A DNA stretch of 64,000 nt from positions 119,784,001 to 119,848,000 of the forward strand of contig NC_043001.1 in NCBI RefSeq assembly GCF_006345805.1, given 5' to 3'. How positions within the stretch are numbered: position 1 is the first letter of the stretch; each line of letters opens with the position of its first letter. Position numbers and translations under genes: made by a program. The notes below the pieces were generated by a model. The model saw only the letters and a program-made list of their open reading frames with translations, was not told the origin of the DNA and ran no database searches. This DNA comes from Octopus sinensis. Its lineage: Eukaryota. This document shows, piece after piece, positions 38,594-52,087 of this stretch.

Positions 38594-40790
38594 TAGATAG
38601 ATATAGATATATATGAATGATGCATTCATACACACATATACACATAATACATTGATTTCCACGTGTATGTAATCATGTATGTGTGTGTATATATATATGC
38701 TCACATCAGAAGATGACATCATTTGAAAGCTACAACAATGTGAGAAAGTGCATTGTGGCTTCTTTTAGTTTCCATCTACTATCAAATCCACTCACAAGGT
38801 TTTGGTCAGCCCAAGGCTATAGTAGAAGACACTTGCCCAAGGTGCCATGCAGAGACTGAGTCCAGAACCATGTGGTTGGGAAGCAAACTTCTTGCCACAC
38901 AGCCACACCTGTACCTTTATTTCCACACACCTATGCCTGCACCTATATATCCAGTTTCTAATTTTTTCATTGATAAAAACAGAGGTTGCAATGAAAACAA
39001 TGGCATACACTGAAAGTATGACCCCCCATTTCGCCTCCCCAATTTCACAGAATTTATTTCATTCATACAGGGTCTCCAATTTGTTTTTTCTTTTTGTACT
39101 CTTGTCTTGAAATTTTTAAGAATTACAAATATTTGTACCATGCCAATCACCAGAAATAGCATTTTCTATGATATTTCCTCTTTTTATGTCCATAATTGTT
39201 TTGTTTAGTGGTTACGTTCTGTAAAATGGTTGGCATTAAGAAGAGCATCCAGCCGTAGAAACCATACCAAAGCAGACAGTAGAACTTTGCACAGTTTTCT
39301 AATTTGCCAGCGCTTGTCAAACTGTCCAGCCCTTGCCAGCGTGGAACAAGCATGTTAAATGATGAGTAAGAGGAGGGTGAGGATGACATTCCATCTGACT
39401 CTTGCAACCAGCCATTTTGTTTGTATTCTAAGTAGATTCTTTATGAATGAGAGAAACTAATATATAATGAGGAAATGTTCTCTGTTCTCTTCATTTTCTT
39501 CAGTGAGAAAAGGTTACCTATATATTACAGTTACCATGGTCTCTTAATCCTGAATTCTTCTTTAAGATCTTAACTGGGTTTCATTTAAAAAGAGATTTAA
39601 TAAATATTCTCAAATAATTAATCTTAAATATATTAATACAAGACATATGTCTAATATTTCCATCAAGTTTGTTCCGATGGGCTGCAATTATACAATTATC
39701 TTCAAATTTCCAACTATGTGTTCCAATCATTGTTTATCATTTTCTGTATCACTTCACTTTGAATTCCTTGAAGTATGATTATATGCTAAAACAGTGATTC
39801 TTAAGAGATATATCTAATGGAAAACTGGTTTATAGAAATGTGCTGCATTGTATATTGAAGTAGTTTGGAGCAAGAGATAAGAAATATAATTCTGTTAAGG
39901 CATTCTTTGCATTGGAAAATAGTTTTTGGCACTATGCTGTGTTGGCTTACAATAAAAGTTTTCATTTTAAAAGATTTGATAAAGATTAGGCTACAAAGGA
40001 ATGAGAAAAATCATTGTAATGTTTGGCTACGATACAAGTTATCTGAATATTGGTATAACTCAAAATGTGTAGATTCTTGGGAAATTATTCAAGAGGCAGT
40101 GTAACATTTACCTTAATAGCTCAAAATGTTCGATATAAAGGCCAAAGAGAGATAGGCATGGAACAAGATAAACAGATTGGTTGATAGATCTCATTCAATA
40201 TCACCATTGATAAAATGAATATCCTCTGAGAAGGAAACTGAAAAAAGATTAGCAACGACATAAGTAAGCAAGCTAGACATGAAGCAAAAGAGAATTCATG
40301 CATTAATGGACTCAGTTTTCAAGAGCTTCAATTATTATTACTCTGCCAGATTCTTCACAGATTTATACCAGACAACACAGCCAGGATTTTTACATTTTCA
40401 TATTTAAAAATCAATTAATTATGGAAATTTCCATCTTCCCTTCTCTATGCTACAATTAACCATCCATCTGTAAGTACAATTGGATATTCAATGGAAAAAA
40501 TTCATCTATTGTATTTCTTTCTCAGGTGGAAATGAAGAGTTGTTGTCTGTCCACAGAAGACTTGGTTCATTCACTCATTCATTTAGTACAAAAATATAGA
40601 CTATTTTTAATAAGTCATTTATCTTCTGAAATCAATGCATATATTCAGTGCGCACGGACACACAGACACACATAATGTATAAGAATATAATGTATATATG
40701 TATGTGTGTATATATATATATACATACAAACATATACACACATATATTTATAAATACATTTACATATAAATATTTATACATACACACACA

Positions 40791-40868
<78 letters not shown>

Positions 40869-41833
40869 ATGATAGATAGATAGATAGATAGATAGATAGA
40901 CACACAAATACATACACACATACATATATATACATATGTATACATATATGTGTTATGTATATACTACATATATATAATATATATGTATCAATTTATGTAT
41001 CTTGTCATCATAATCATCATCATTATATAACCTTATTTAGATTGTTGATATTAAGATCTAAGTTGCTTTTGATCAAAAGCATTCCAGTGACAACTGCATT
41101 ATCCAATATGTCCTTCCTTAACGTGTGATTTAAGAGAGATTTGGTTGTTATTTTCAGGTAGCTGAGCAACCATATGGAGCACTTGTGGACAAACTGTAGC
41201 CCACGGAACTTTCTGATTGGCATGCCTAACAAGAAATTTCCGTAATATTTTCAGTGGTATAGCTCACTTGATGACAAGTCTTGTCTTATGTGGCCTGCAT
41301 CTTGACAAAGGTTATCCATGCCTGATGCAGAGGCTCCATCATTGACTTGCTTTTAACACATCAAATGGCAATGTAGAAGCTTTCTTGCAGGACTGATATT
41401 CAGATTTCAGCTGGGTGCAGCACAGTCCACACACAGCTAATTTCATCGTACAGTCTATTAATGACTCACATATTTATAAATGAATGTCTGCAGCCCATTC
41501 AAGCAAAGAGTTATCACTTATCTACATTCAAAGAGTTTGTGTGCAAATTTTGCAGAGATATTTATTAAGATGAAGTTAGAATGAATAAGTTTCTTAATAG
41601 GTTTAGGAATGGAGTTTAAGAAAATAAAAGTGTGCAGACTTCATTTATTTATTGAGATTTGAAATTTACACATAATCAATTCCTGCTAAACAAAAGACTT
41701 GCAGGTTTTTTGGGGGTTTTTTCAACTGGATTTATACATTAATGGGATGCAGTTTGTGATAGGATTTTTGTTGTTTTTCACATTCAGATAATTATTAAGT
41801 ATTTGTAGAACAACTACATGATTGTGTGAGTGA

Positions 41834-41880
<47 letters not shown>

Positions 41881-41889
41881 AGTATGTAT

Positions 41890-42169
41890 GAGCGGACTCG
41901 CAGTCGAGGGATCGTGGGCTCAGATCTCAGACCGGGTGATGTGTGTGTTTATGAGCGAAACACCTAAGCTCCATGCGGCTCCGGCAGAAGGTAATGGCGA
42001 ACTTTTGCTGACTCTTTCGGCACAACTTTCTATCACTCTTTCCTCCTAAATCTTGCAGCTCACCTGCGATGGACCAGCGTCCCATCCAGGTGGGGAACCT
42101 ATACGCCAAGGAAACCAGGAAACCGGCCCTTATGAGCCAGGCATGGCTCGAGAAGGAACAAACAAACAA
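41890..42169 (+). mobile_element. tRNA-derived SINE sharing its head/core with 54192-54486 but with a different tail
   Basis: gcggactcgcagtcgagggatcg..aacacctaagctccatgcggctccggcag, ending in (AAAC)n. Confidence 0.7.
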
Positions 42170-42764
42170 TTAATATTTCAAGCCCAAGCCCAAGCTCAAG
42201 TCCAAGGATTCATACAAGTTGTTGCAAGGAAGCCTGTATGTGGTCAGTCATCATGCTAGAAAAAGCAGCCTTTAGAAATTGGATAGTTACAGGAATGGCT
42301 GTGTGGTAAGAAGTTTGCTGTGCAACCACATGTTTTCAGGTTCAATCCCACTGTGTGGCACCTTCGCAAAGTATCTTGGCTCAGGGCCAACAAAAGCCTT
42401 GTGAGTGGATTTGGTAGATGGAAACTAAAAGAAGTGTATCTATTTATCTGTCTGTCTGTCTGTCTGTTTATATGTGCGTGTGTGTGTGTGTGTGCATGTG
42501 TATATGTATGTGTGTTTATGTATATGTAAGCATGTTTGTATGTGTGTGTCAGTGTTCCTCCTTACCATGATACTGCATGATGGTTGTGAGTGTCATCGTC
42601 ATGCAAGCAGTGCCCTTTCTCACTAATTTTCTGAGACATGTCTGGTCATGGGGAAATATTACCTTAGATGGAAGCAGATAAGGGTTGGTGACAGGAAGAG
42701 CATCATTCAGAAATAGAAAATCCTGCTCAACCCATATCAGCATGGAACAGTGGACGTTAAACAA

Positions 42765-43610
42765 TGATGGTGGTGGTCCTGGTGGTGATGGTGCTGGTGG
42801 TGGTGGCAGTGGTCCTGGTGGTGGTGGTGCTGGTGGTGGTGGTGGTGGTGGTCCTGGTGGTGGTGGTGATGGTGGTGGTGGTGGTGATTATGCTGTGGTG
42901 TTGGGGGGGTGGTGGTGGTGGTGGTGGTGGTGTGTGCTGGTGGTGGTGATGATGCTGGTGGTTGGTGGTGGTGGTGGTGGTGGTGGTGGTGGTGGTGGTG
43001 TGGTGATGTGGTGGTGGTGGTCCTGGTGTGGTGGTGGTGGTGTCCTGGTGGTGGTGATGGTGCTGGTGGTGGTGGTGGTCCTGGTGGTGGTTGGTCTGGT
43101 GGTGGTGGTGGTGGTGGTCCTGGGTGGTGGTGATGGTGGTGGTGGTGGTGGTGATGCTGGTGGTGGTTGTGGTGGTGGTGGTGTGGTGGTGGTGGTGGTG
43201 GTGGTGCTGGTGGTGGTGATGATGCTGGTGGTGGTGGTGGTGGTGGTGGTGGTGGTGGTGGTGGTGGTGGTGGTGATGGTGGTGGTGGTGGTCCTGGTGG
43301 TGGTGGTGGTGGTGGTCCTGGTGGTGGTGATGGTGCTGGTGGTGGTGGTGGTCCTGGTGGTGGTGATGGTGCTGGTGGTGGTGGTGGTCCTGGTGGTGGT
43401 GATGGTGCTGGTGGTGGTGATGGTGCTGGTGGTGGTGATGGTGCTGTTGGTGGTGGTGGTCCTGGTGGTGGTGGTGGTCCTGGTGGTGGTGGTGGTCTGC
43501 TGGTGGTGGTGCTGTGGTGGTGATGGTGGCTGGTGGTGGTGCTGGTGGTGGTGGTGGTGGTGGTGCTGGTGGTGGTGCTGTGGTGGTGCTGGTGGTGGTG
43601 GTGATCCTGG
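42765..43610. repeat. (GGT)n-based compound microsatellite running into an assembly gap
   Basis: Direct sequence, with ggtcct/gat/gct variants. Confidence 0.95.
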
Positions 43611-43710
43611 NNNNNNNNNNNNNNNNNNNNNNNNNNNNNNNNNNNNNNNNNNNNNNNNNNNNNNNNNNNNNNNNNNNNNNNNNNNNNNNNNNNNNNNNNN
43701 NNNNNNNNNN
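43611..43710. other. Assembly gap (100 N)
   Basis: Run of N. Confidence 1.
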
Positions 43711-44968
43711 TGTTAGTGGTGGTGGTGATGTACTTCCATAAATACTGAACCCAACAAAAATAATAGAATACTTTTGACTGAAATGTCTTTGATCATATTG
43801 TTATATTTAGGGATGGTAATTGTTTGTTTTTTCTGCCAAATAACCACATACACTATATACTCATTCTTCACTTCAGGTTTAATGTTATTCTTATTTTAGT
43901 GTCCTTTGTCTGAAATATTTTGTCACACATCCAGTGACCTCTTCAGCAACTCTCCATTCCATGTGTTCTGTTTAGTTCATTCTTTTGATCATAAGTATGC
44001 TCAGTCAAGGCTGACCTGAGCTAAACTACTACAACTACTAATACTAGAAGAGGTGAACACAAATGATGATGATGATGGTGATGATGATGGTGATGATGAT
44101 GAGGAGGAGGAGGGGGGGACTACACTATACTCCTTTCAAAAAAATGAATACTTAATAATACACTTAATAAACTCACAATTCTCAATTTCGCAGAAATTCC
44201 GGATTTCAGGATTTCAGTGAGAAATTGGAGGATTCTTGTGGGAAAATTATTTTAGGCTCAAAAAAGTTTTTTTTATCATTATTTGCATTACTTTTCTTGA
44301 TTATTTTTCTTTAATGTTGATTTTTAAGGATGCTAATTTCCATTTAATAAATAGTGGTTAATGTTATGTAATATATTGTTTTGTATTCAGGAATAATTTT
44401 TATTATCACTTGTGAAGGCAAATTAGGATGGTGAAGAGGGAGAAATATAGAAAAAGTTAAGAAGCACTGCTCTAAACAATGCAAAGTTCTATTGAATTTA
44501 ATTGGATTAATACAGACTCGACTTGACAATTCAATAATCGTCTTTAGAAAGCTGTCACTAAGTGTCTTTTGTCACTTACAGTTGAAGTAAAATTTCTTTT
44601 AAAATGCTTTTCTTTAAACATAATATTTCTTATAATTCCCTCAAGTCTACTATATTATTCTTAAAATTCTGACATCTAAAAATACAGCTTTTTCAATTTT
44701 TTTTATCTGTCATTCTCACTCTATAATATAAGTATATCAGTATTGTGTACATTGATTTATATCAGATAAAAGCATATACATGAACACACAGATCATAGGA
44801 AAATAGAAAATGAAAGAACGGAATTTGCTTCTCACTTAGCTCTCATATATTTTTTCTGACTCATTGTGTTTGTATAAATATTTTTATTTCTTTTGTAAAC
44901 ATACGTAGATTTAAAGATGTAAAAGATACAAAAGATGATATAAATATAGATATTAATATATTTACATA

Positions 44969-45041
<73 letters not shown>

Positions 45042-46730
45042 GATGATGATGATATATGATTGCTTTAGGACATAGCTGTGTTTTATAAACAAATTTATAT
45101 ATATATATATATGAGTAGTTAAAGTAAGTTATTTGAAGTTTTAAGCATTTAATAATAGTTTGATTCAGCTTCATATTACATCATGTTTTGTAGGTGCAGA
45201 ACATGTACACATCCCCAGATGTACAGAGTCAGAGCAGAGAGAACATGATGAAATTTTAAAATGGCTTCTGAATGAGAATATTTGTCCCCATTGGTTTGTT
45301 CAGGTCATGTGGATACTTCAGTTAATCAGAGGCAGCTATTCTTTCATTATATGCTCCATGTGGTAAAGCAAACAGAATGTTGGTGTTAGTTATTCTGTGG
45401 GAAATGACATCTCAGTATCTATAGCAACCACACATGTTTTTCTAAATTTATGACATTTTCTAAAATGAAATCATTTATAATGTTCAGACAATTCCCATAC
45501 TTGAATTTTTTTTTAAATGTGCCCCTTTCAGTTGTATAAAACCTCTTCTTTCTGGTATTTTGTTGTATGATTCAATTGTTCTAGGGTCCTCTATTTCATG
45601 CTGTAACCAGCATTCTACTGCCCTAATTTCAAGATGTAGAGCAGAGTCACAGAATTCCTCACCTCATGCATCTGAAAGATATGCTATGGCTACAAAATCT
45701 TTTTTTTTTGTATTGTTGTGAGTGTTATGATGGTAATCATGGAGGATGGGTAGCTACTGTTATTGTTGTTGGTAAATGAAAATGTATTTCTTGGACTGTG
45801 TAAAGAAGTAAGTAATAACTCTCACAAACAACTATTGGAAAGAGAGTATTGTAGTTTGCTTGAAGCATTGTGTATTGTTTATAAAGAATAAAAAGTTATG
45901 AATGGTACATCAATGCACTCTAATACAGACAATGGACTATATAACTGTTGTAATTTAGTCATCCATAGTCTGATATGATATTTCAGAATAATTTTCTTTC
46001 TTCAGATATTCTTAGATGGAGTCGCTGCTGAAGATTTTGCTACTGCTCATAGTGTTTTCTGTGAGGGTCTTTTACAAATACCAACAGAAATAATTACATA
46101 GTGGGAAAGACATACTGCTTAGGATTTAGGACAAGTTAACTGAAATAGCAATCTGTGGCTGGCCCATCACAACTGGAAAATAATTGCACTATATTTATGA
46201 CATTGAGAATTCTTGTCTATTATCTCCCATCTATCTTAATTGGTTGAATGTGGTGATGACAATGAAGACATCGTGTAGCTGTCTCAAAATTCTGCAATTA
46301 CCACCAAAACCCGTCTTTATATAGGGCACAAAGAGAAAGTTCTAGAAAATCAAATCATGCAATGGATTGACATTGATTGGTTATTTAATAGACTGATCGC
46401 ATAAAAATACTGTGGTTTGATCATGATGTCTGCTCAGCTACCTAGCAATTCTGTTTTGAATCATCTCTACTATATTTACCTTCAACCATACCTATGTAAT
46501 GATTCTTTGTAGCTGACTGATCTGATAGCTTAAAGTTAACTTCAGCTTCATGCATAATCAGTTTTGTCAATACCTGGCCTAGGTGGCAATGTTGGAATGC
46601 TATATGATAAACCAAGTTTCTTATGTTTGATAGGTTCACTGGCCATGAGTGCCCTCATGTTAGAAACACAACGGTAGCTGATTCAAGCTCCTCTAAGAAT
46701 TGATTAATTTTTACCATTTGAAAATTATCT

Positions 46731-46810
<80 letters not shown>

Positions 46811-48416
46811 CACACACACACACACACTCACACACACTCACACAATATATATATAAATTATATATATGTTTATATACAAACAAGGGGAAGTCAAAACTTA
46901 TCTGCACTTTCACCAAAACTTCCTTTAGGTTGACTTCACAGACTTCAGTGCTCACATGCTAAAAGGTGGTACTCTTGTGATTATCTAACAAAGGTTTGAT
47001 CTTCGTCATTCCAGTTTTCTTTCTTGTGTTTCTGAGTAAACATTGATACTCTGCTGCCAATGTGCATCAAAGACAAAAAAAATCAGATATCTGAATTTCC
47101 TGGTCTGAAGGTGTGTTAGGGGCTGAAATTCATCACAGTTTCCATGGGTGGTGAAGTTAAGATGGTAACTATGTTTATCATTGATAAACATCTTAGAAAG
47201 AAAAACCCCATAAAACTAAGGAGACAATGGCTTTGAAATAAATGTGTTGAATGACTAGACACATAAATTTGTATCCAGGTGATTATTTGGCTGACAAAAC
47301 AGCAGGTTTCTTTGCTAGTTTATAGCTGAGTGGTTTGTAGTAAAGAGAGCAGAGTTATAAAAATATTTATTCTGTCCCAGCAGTGAACATGTGTCCAACT
47401 TCAGAAGAAGGAGAACATTTCTTTTCACGCCAGAATGGAAAATGGCTGTAAAACAGTTTTTTAAGGTTATTTGTATATCAGCATATGCATTTGTTTAAAA
47501 GAAAGGAAACTAATTTATTATATAATAATACATTATTTATTATAGAATAGGCTAATCTATTATGGATTATGTGATTTTCCAAGTATTCCATTGTTTGTCT
47601 ACGAATTATTTTCACACAAGTTTAAACACATGAACAGAAATTATCACTTCACTGAAAACAGTACTTAAGAGTTTCAGATAGCTGTTGCATGTAATGTTTG
47701 AAGGAATACCATTATTATAAATTCATATTATTTTAGCACATTTCCACTCTACTGGGAGAATATGCTGGAAGTAGTATAATTAAATTACTAAAACAACTTG
47801 TCCAATTAAGCAACCAATTTCAGCAAAAATCTCAACAGAATATAATCAGAGCTAGGCAGATCGAACATAAATTCTATACATTCATACTCAACATGTACTA
47901 TAAACCACAGTAAAAGTACTTTAAACTCTTTTACATTATTTTATCAATCTCAAATTTTCTGTTCTTATTATTCAGTAAAGGAGCAATTAGATGGAACTTT
48001 GATCTAGTGATAGATAACATTTAAATTGAATTTATAGAAAAAAAAACCACAAGAAAATAATAACAGATCACGAGTAGATCAATAATGAAATTAGATATTA
48101 AAATTTATTTTCCCATTATAATTAGTTCATACGATTTTCCTCTGAGCCAGAAAACACTTCAGTTCTGAAAAGTTTCTAATCCAATAGAAATAAAAAATAA
48201 AACCCTAAATCTAATGTATTGCTTATATGCTTGGGATGAAATATCTACTACGTACACTAATGTTTCTATACGACATTAAAAAAAATGTTTGTTAAGCAGG
48301 CTTTCGATATCTAGTATGCCACAATCACTGATCCTCTGTCCCCTCTGCTTCTTACGCCACAAAAGTTATCTTCTCTACTTTATGCATTGAGTACTTTTTT
48401 TCATTTATCACACCCA

Positions 48417-48475
<59 letters not shown>

Positions 48476-48482
48476 ATTTATC

Positions 48483-48527
<45 letters not shown>

Positions 48528-48559
48528 ATTTATCTCTATCTATCTATCTATCTATATTA

Positions 48560-48598
<39 letters not shown>

Positions 48599-48632
48599 AT
48601 TTATATCTATCTATCTATCTATCTATCTATCT
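48417..48632. repeat. (TATC)n microsatellite
   Basis: Direct sequence. Confidence 0.95.
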
Positions 48633-48669
48633 AATCACACACAGACAAACATAACATTGTGTATGTGTG

Positions 48670-49209
48670 TGTTTCATTGGATACTAAATTCTGCTTGCGA
48701 AGACCTGTTGAGGCAAGTGAAATTGAAATCACATTCACTGATGTGGCCGATGACAACACTGCCTGACTAGCATATGTGCCAGTGGAACATTATGAGCACC
48801 ATCTGAGTGTGATCATTGCCAAGGCTAGTGGCTGGCTCCCATGCTGGTAGCACAGAAAAACTACCATTCGAGTGTGATCGTTACCAGTGTCGCGTTACTA
48901 GCACATGAAGAACAACATTTGAGCAGGGTCGTTGCCAGTGACACTAGAGTGACTCCTGTGCAGGTAACACATAAAAAACACCTTTTGAGTGTGACTGTTG
49001 CCAGAACCACCTAACAGGCCCTCGGGCTGGTGGCACGTAAAAGCACCCACTACACTCTTGGAGTGGTTGGCATTAGGAAGGGCATTCAGCTGTAGAAACT
49101 CTGCCAGATCAGATGGGAGCCTGGTGCAGCCATCTGGCTCACCAGTCCTCAGTCAAACCATCCAACCCATCAAAAGTGGACGTTAAAAGATGATGATGAT
49201 GATGATGAC

Positions 49210-49257
<48 letters not shown>

Positions 49258-49258
49258 A
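48670..49258 (+). mobile_element. Long copy of the (GAT)n-tailed repeat with internal subrepeats
   Basis: gagtggttggcattaggaagggcattcagctgtagaaactctgcc..ggacgttaaaa(gat)n. Confidence 0.75.
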
Positions 49259-49261
49259 ATG

Positions 49262-49622
49262 AAGGAAAATAAGACAAGGTAGAAAATGCTAAAATAATTT
49301 TATCATGAAGAACATTTTAGTACCGGTTTCAGTCTTTGCGACTTTTTCAACTTAGAGTAAAGCATGAAAAACAATTAAATTTTGGAAAAATTAAATGAAA
49401 TGTTCTTTTAAAATATTGCCATAGTTTTCAAATGCAAGAGACATTTTCCTTTTTGAAAACTATGGAAATATTTTTTTTAAATACTTCATTTCATTTTTCC
49501 TTAATTTAATTGTTTTTCATGCTTTACTCTAAGTTGAAAAAGTTACAAAGGCTGAAACCGGCACTAAAATGTTCTTCATGATAAAATTATTTTAGCATTT
49601 TCTACCTTGTCTTATTTTCCTT
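49262..49622. mobile_element. Fold-back insert with U3-A8 variant hammerhead
   Basis: Palindrome centred near 49441. Minus strand 49317-49354: taag TTGAAAA agtc gcaaa gact GAAAC cg GTA ctaa. Confidence 0.7.
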
Positions 49623-49657
49623 ATATATATCAACTCATGTGTTCCTTTTCAACCTTT

Positions 49658-49692
<35 letters not shown>

Positions 49693-49704
49693 TAATAATA
49701 AATA

Positions 49705-50190
49705 TTAGAGAATAAATCCAAATTTACAGGGAAAAATCAGATTTAGGATTGAATCCAATTTTATAGTAAAATATTATATTATATTAAATTAGAGACAAAA
49801 CCACTATTATGCAAATCAAACAAAGAAAGACTTAAGCCAATACATAAAATAATTTATATAAATTTAGAAATTTAACAATTATAAATAACCACTACGATCG
49901 TTTCATGTCTTATTTCAGCACATCTTTGAGACATTCTTCAGGTAGTTTCAAAACCTTCTTGGTGAGTTTTAAACTCGCCAAGAAGGCTTTGAAACCACCT
50001 GAAGAAACTCGCCAAGAAGGTTTTGAAACCACCTGAATAATGTCTCAAAGATGTGCTGAAATAAGACATGAAACGATCGTAGTGGTTATTTATAATTGTT
50101 AAATTTCTAAATTTATATAAATTATTTTATGTATTGGCTTAAGTCTTTGTTTGATTTGCATAATAGTGGTTTTGTCTCTAATTTAATATA
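49705..50190 (-). mobile_element. Fold-back Penelope-like insert with hammerheads
   Basis: Arms about 49780-49970 and 50005-50190, with an extension at 49705-49780. Same family as 13631-14153. Confidence 0.8.
49887..49947 (-). ncRNA. Type I hammerhead ribozyme, intact core
   Basis: Minus strand: aactac CTGAAGA atgtct caaagatgtgctgaaata agacat GAAAC gatc GTA gtggtt. Stems I and II are 6 bp each. The plus copy at 50027-50087 has CTGAATA. Confidence 0.8.
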
Positions 50191-50527
50191 ATATATATAT
50201 ATATATATGCATGTAACATTACAAAAATAGTGTATACACACCCACACAAACATACATATACATACATATATATATATAAAAGAAGAAAAGAAAACGAAGA
50301 TTATAAAGTTATTAAAAGTTAATAAAGAAGTGAAGATGACCAATTTGTTGTTAATGATGAAGAATTATCTTCATAAACTCCATTTTCTTTTCTTTTAAAT
50401 GAATATAAACTATATACTTTATATATACCTATTGTTTTAAAGGAATTTCATTCCCCCAAAATACTCGGTATTGAACCACAGTATTCCCTTGGATGCAACC
50501 ATCCCTTCATGGGGTTAACATATCCTC

Positions 50528-50570
<43 letters not shown>

Positions 50571-50680
50571 TATACATATATAAATCTAAAATGAGGGTGA
50601 GAAATTGGATATTAATTCAATTAACGTCAATTTAACACCAGTGGTCTAGCATATTAAAATCTAAAGAGTCAGTTAATCGT

Positions 50681-50830
50681 ATTATATACATATGAGACGG
50701 ATGACCACTATGTGTCCTGGTGTTTGCTAAATTTTTTCTTGAGAACATTCCTTAGTGGTAAGACCATAGCGGACCTACTTCTAGCATAAGGGTTGTCCAC
50801 ATAGTGGTCATCCCTCTCATATGTATATAG
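50681..50830. repeat. Short inverted repeat (arms about 34 bp)
   Basis: tatacatatgagacggatgaccactatgtg / cacatagtggtcatccctctcatatgtata. Confidence 0.75.
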
Positions 50831-51879
50831 TACATACATACATATATATATATATAAAGCTGTGAACATTTTATTTAACATGTTTGCGCATACAGTGAAA
50901 TATGTGTAAAATCACACTGATTTGTGATCTGAATGACATCCTCATACTGAAAGGCATGTATTTCTGTGAAGTTAATCTTCATCAGTTACAGACATTGCTT
51001 CATTCATACATAAATCACTAAGAACAACCGTTCCAAATTTCAAAGAGCAAAAAGTATATTCATGAAGATGTGCCATGCTTCATCAAACAAAAAATAATCT
51101 ATTATATGCAGAAATATGTCTTACAGATAACATTATTCAGATCCCAGCTCAATATTTTTTTTACTCATGAAGTCTATAAGGAGAATATTTTCTCAAATTA
51201 CTGTGTTGATCATCTTTCCTCATTTGAGTGTCCTTGAGCATGATAAATATAAATTTACAGAGCTTTATTTTAATCATTGTTACTTAGTGCATACATAATT
51301 TGTATATACATACATATATGTGTGCTTTTGTGCATGAATGTATATATATATATATATATATATATCACTGATTCCTTTGGGAAATGCATAACTGTTACAC
51401 AATCTCACTTTTCACTTTCTTATAAATTCAAAACCACAAGTCTATATAAGAAAAAAATATTCAACTATGCATTTAACAATTGTTGTGTGGTTTAGAAATT
51501 TGCTCCACAAAATGTATGTAGTTTTGAATTCAATCCCACTCCACACCACCTTGGGCGTTCTTCCATAGCCTCAGGTTTTGAGAAAAAAAAATTAGTAGTT
51601 AGAAATTGTATGGAAGCCTATTAGTGACATGGTTTGTTCTTGGGAGCTAGATTTAATGTACCACCCAGTTTAACAGCAGCATTGTCTGGTCCTTGACTGC
51701 TTTTAGAAGTGTTAATTCTATTGTAAGCAGCCAGGCCAGATCTTTGCGCAGAGGATAACATATTCCCTTTATTCCATCAGCCTCAAAACCCTGGGTAAAG
51801 TCAAAATCACTGCAGCTGCTGCTCTGATTGAGACAAAAAAAAAATGAAAAGCTTTTAATTGTTTTTCCAAAGCCAAAAG

Positions 51880-52087
51880 AAGCAATTTATAAAAATAAAA
51901 CAGGCTGATAGCTTTACCTGATATTTCAATATTGCATGGTTAGAACTCCTACCTCAGGAAATCTTTGAAGAAAAGGTTAACAAATAACAACTAATCTCCA
52001 AAGATTTTCAGAGGAATGGATTCTAATCCTGAAATATCAAAATGCCAGGTAAAACTATTAACCTGTTTTATTTTTATAAATTGCTTT
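51880..52087. repeat. Diverged fold-back repeat
   Basis: aagcaatttataaaaataaaacagg.. / ..cctgttttatttttataaattgctt. Weak CTGAGG..GAAA relic. Confidence 0.7.

Noticed and set aside
42685-43716. Gly-rich or Val-rich ORFs resembling a structural protein
   Set aside because: A GGT microsatellite grown from a repeat tail. Frames shift arbitrarily and no signal peptide or splice context is visible.
45181-46100. Plus-strand splice acceptors at about 45193 and 46006 (also 40525)
   Set aside because: No recognisable coding frame or matching donors. They cannot be supported without transcript data.
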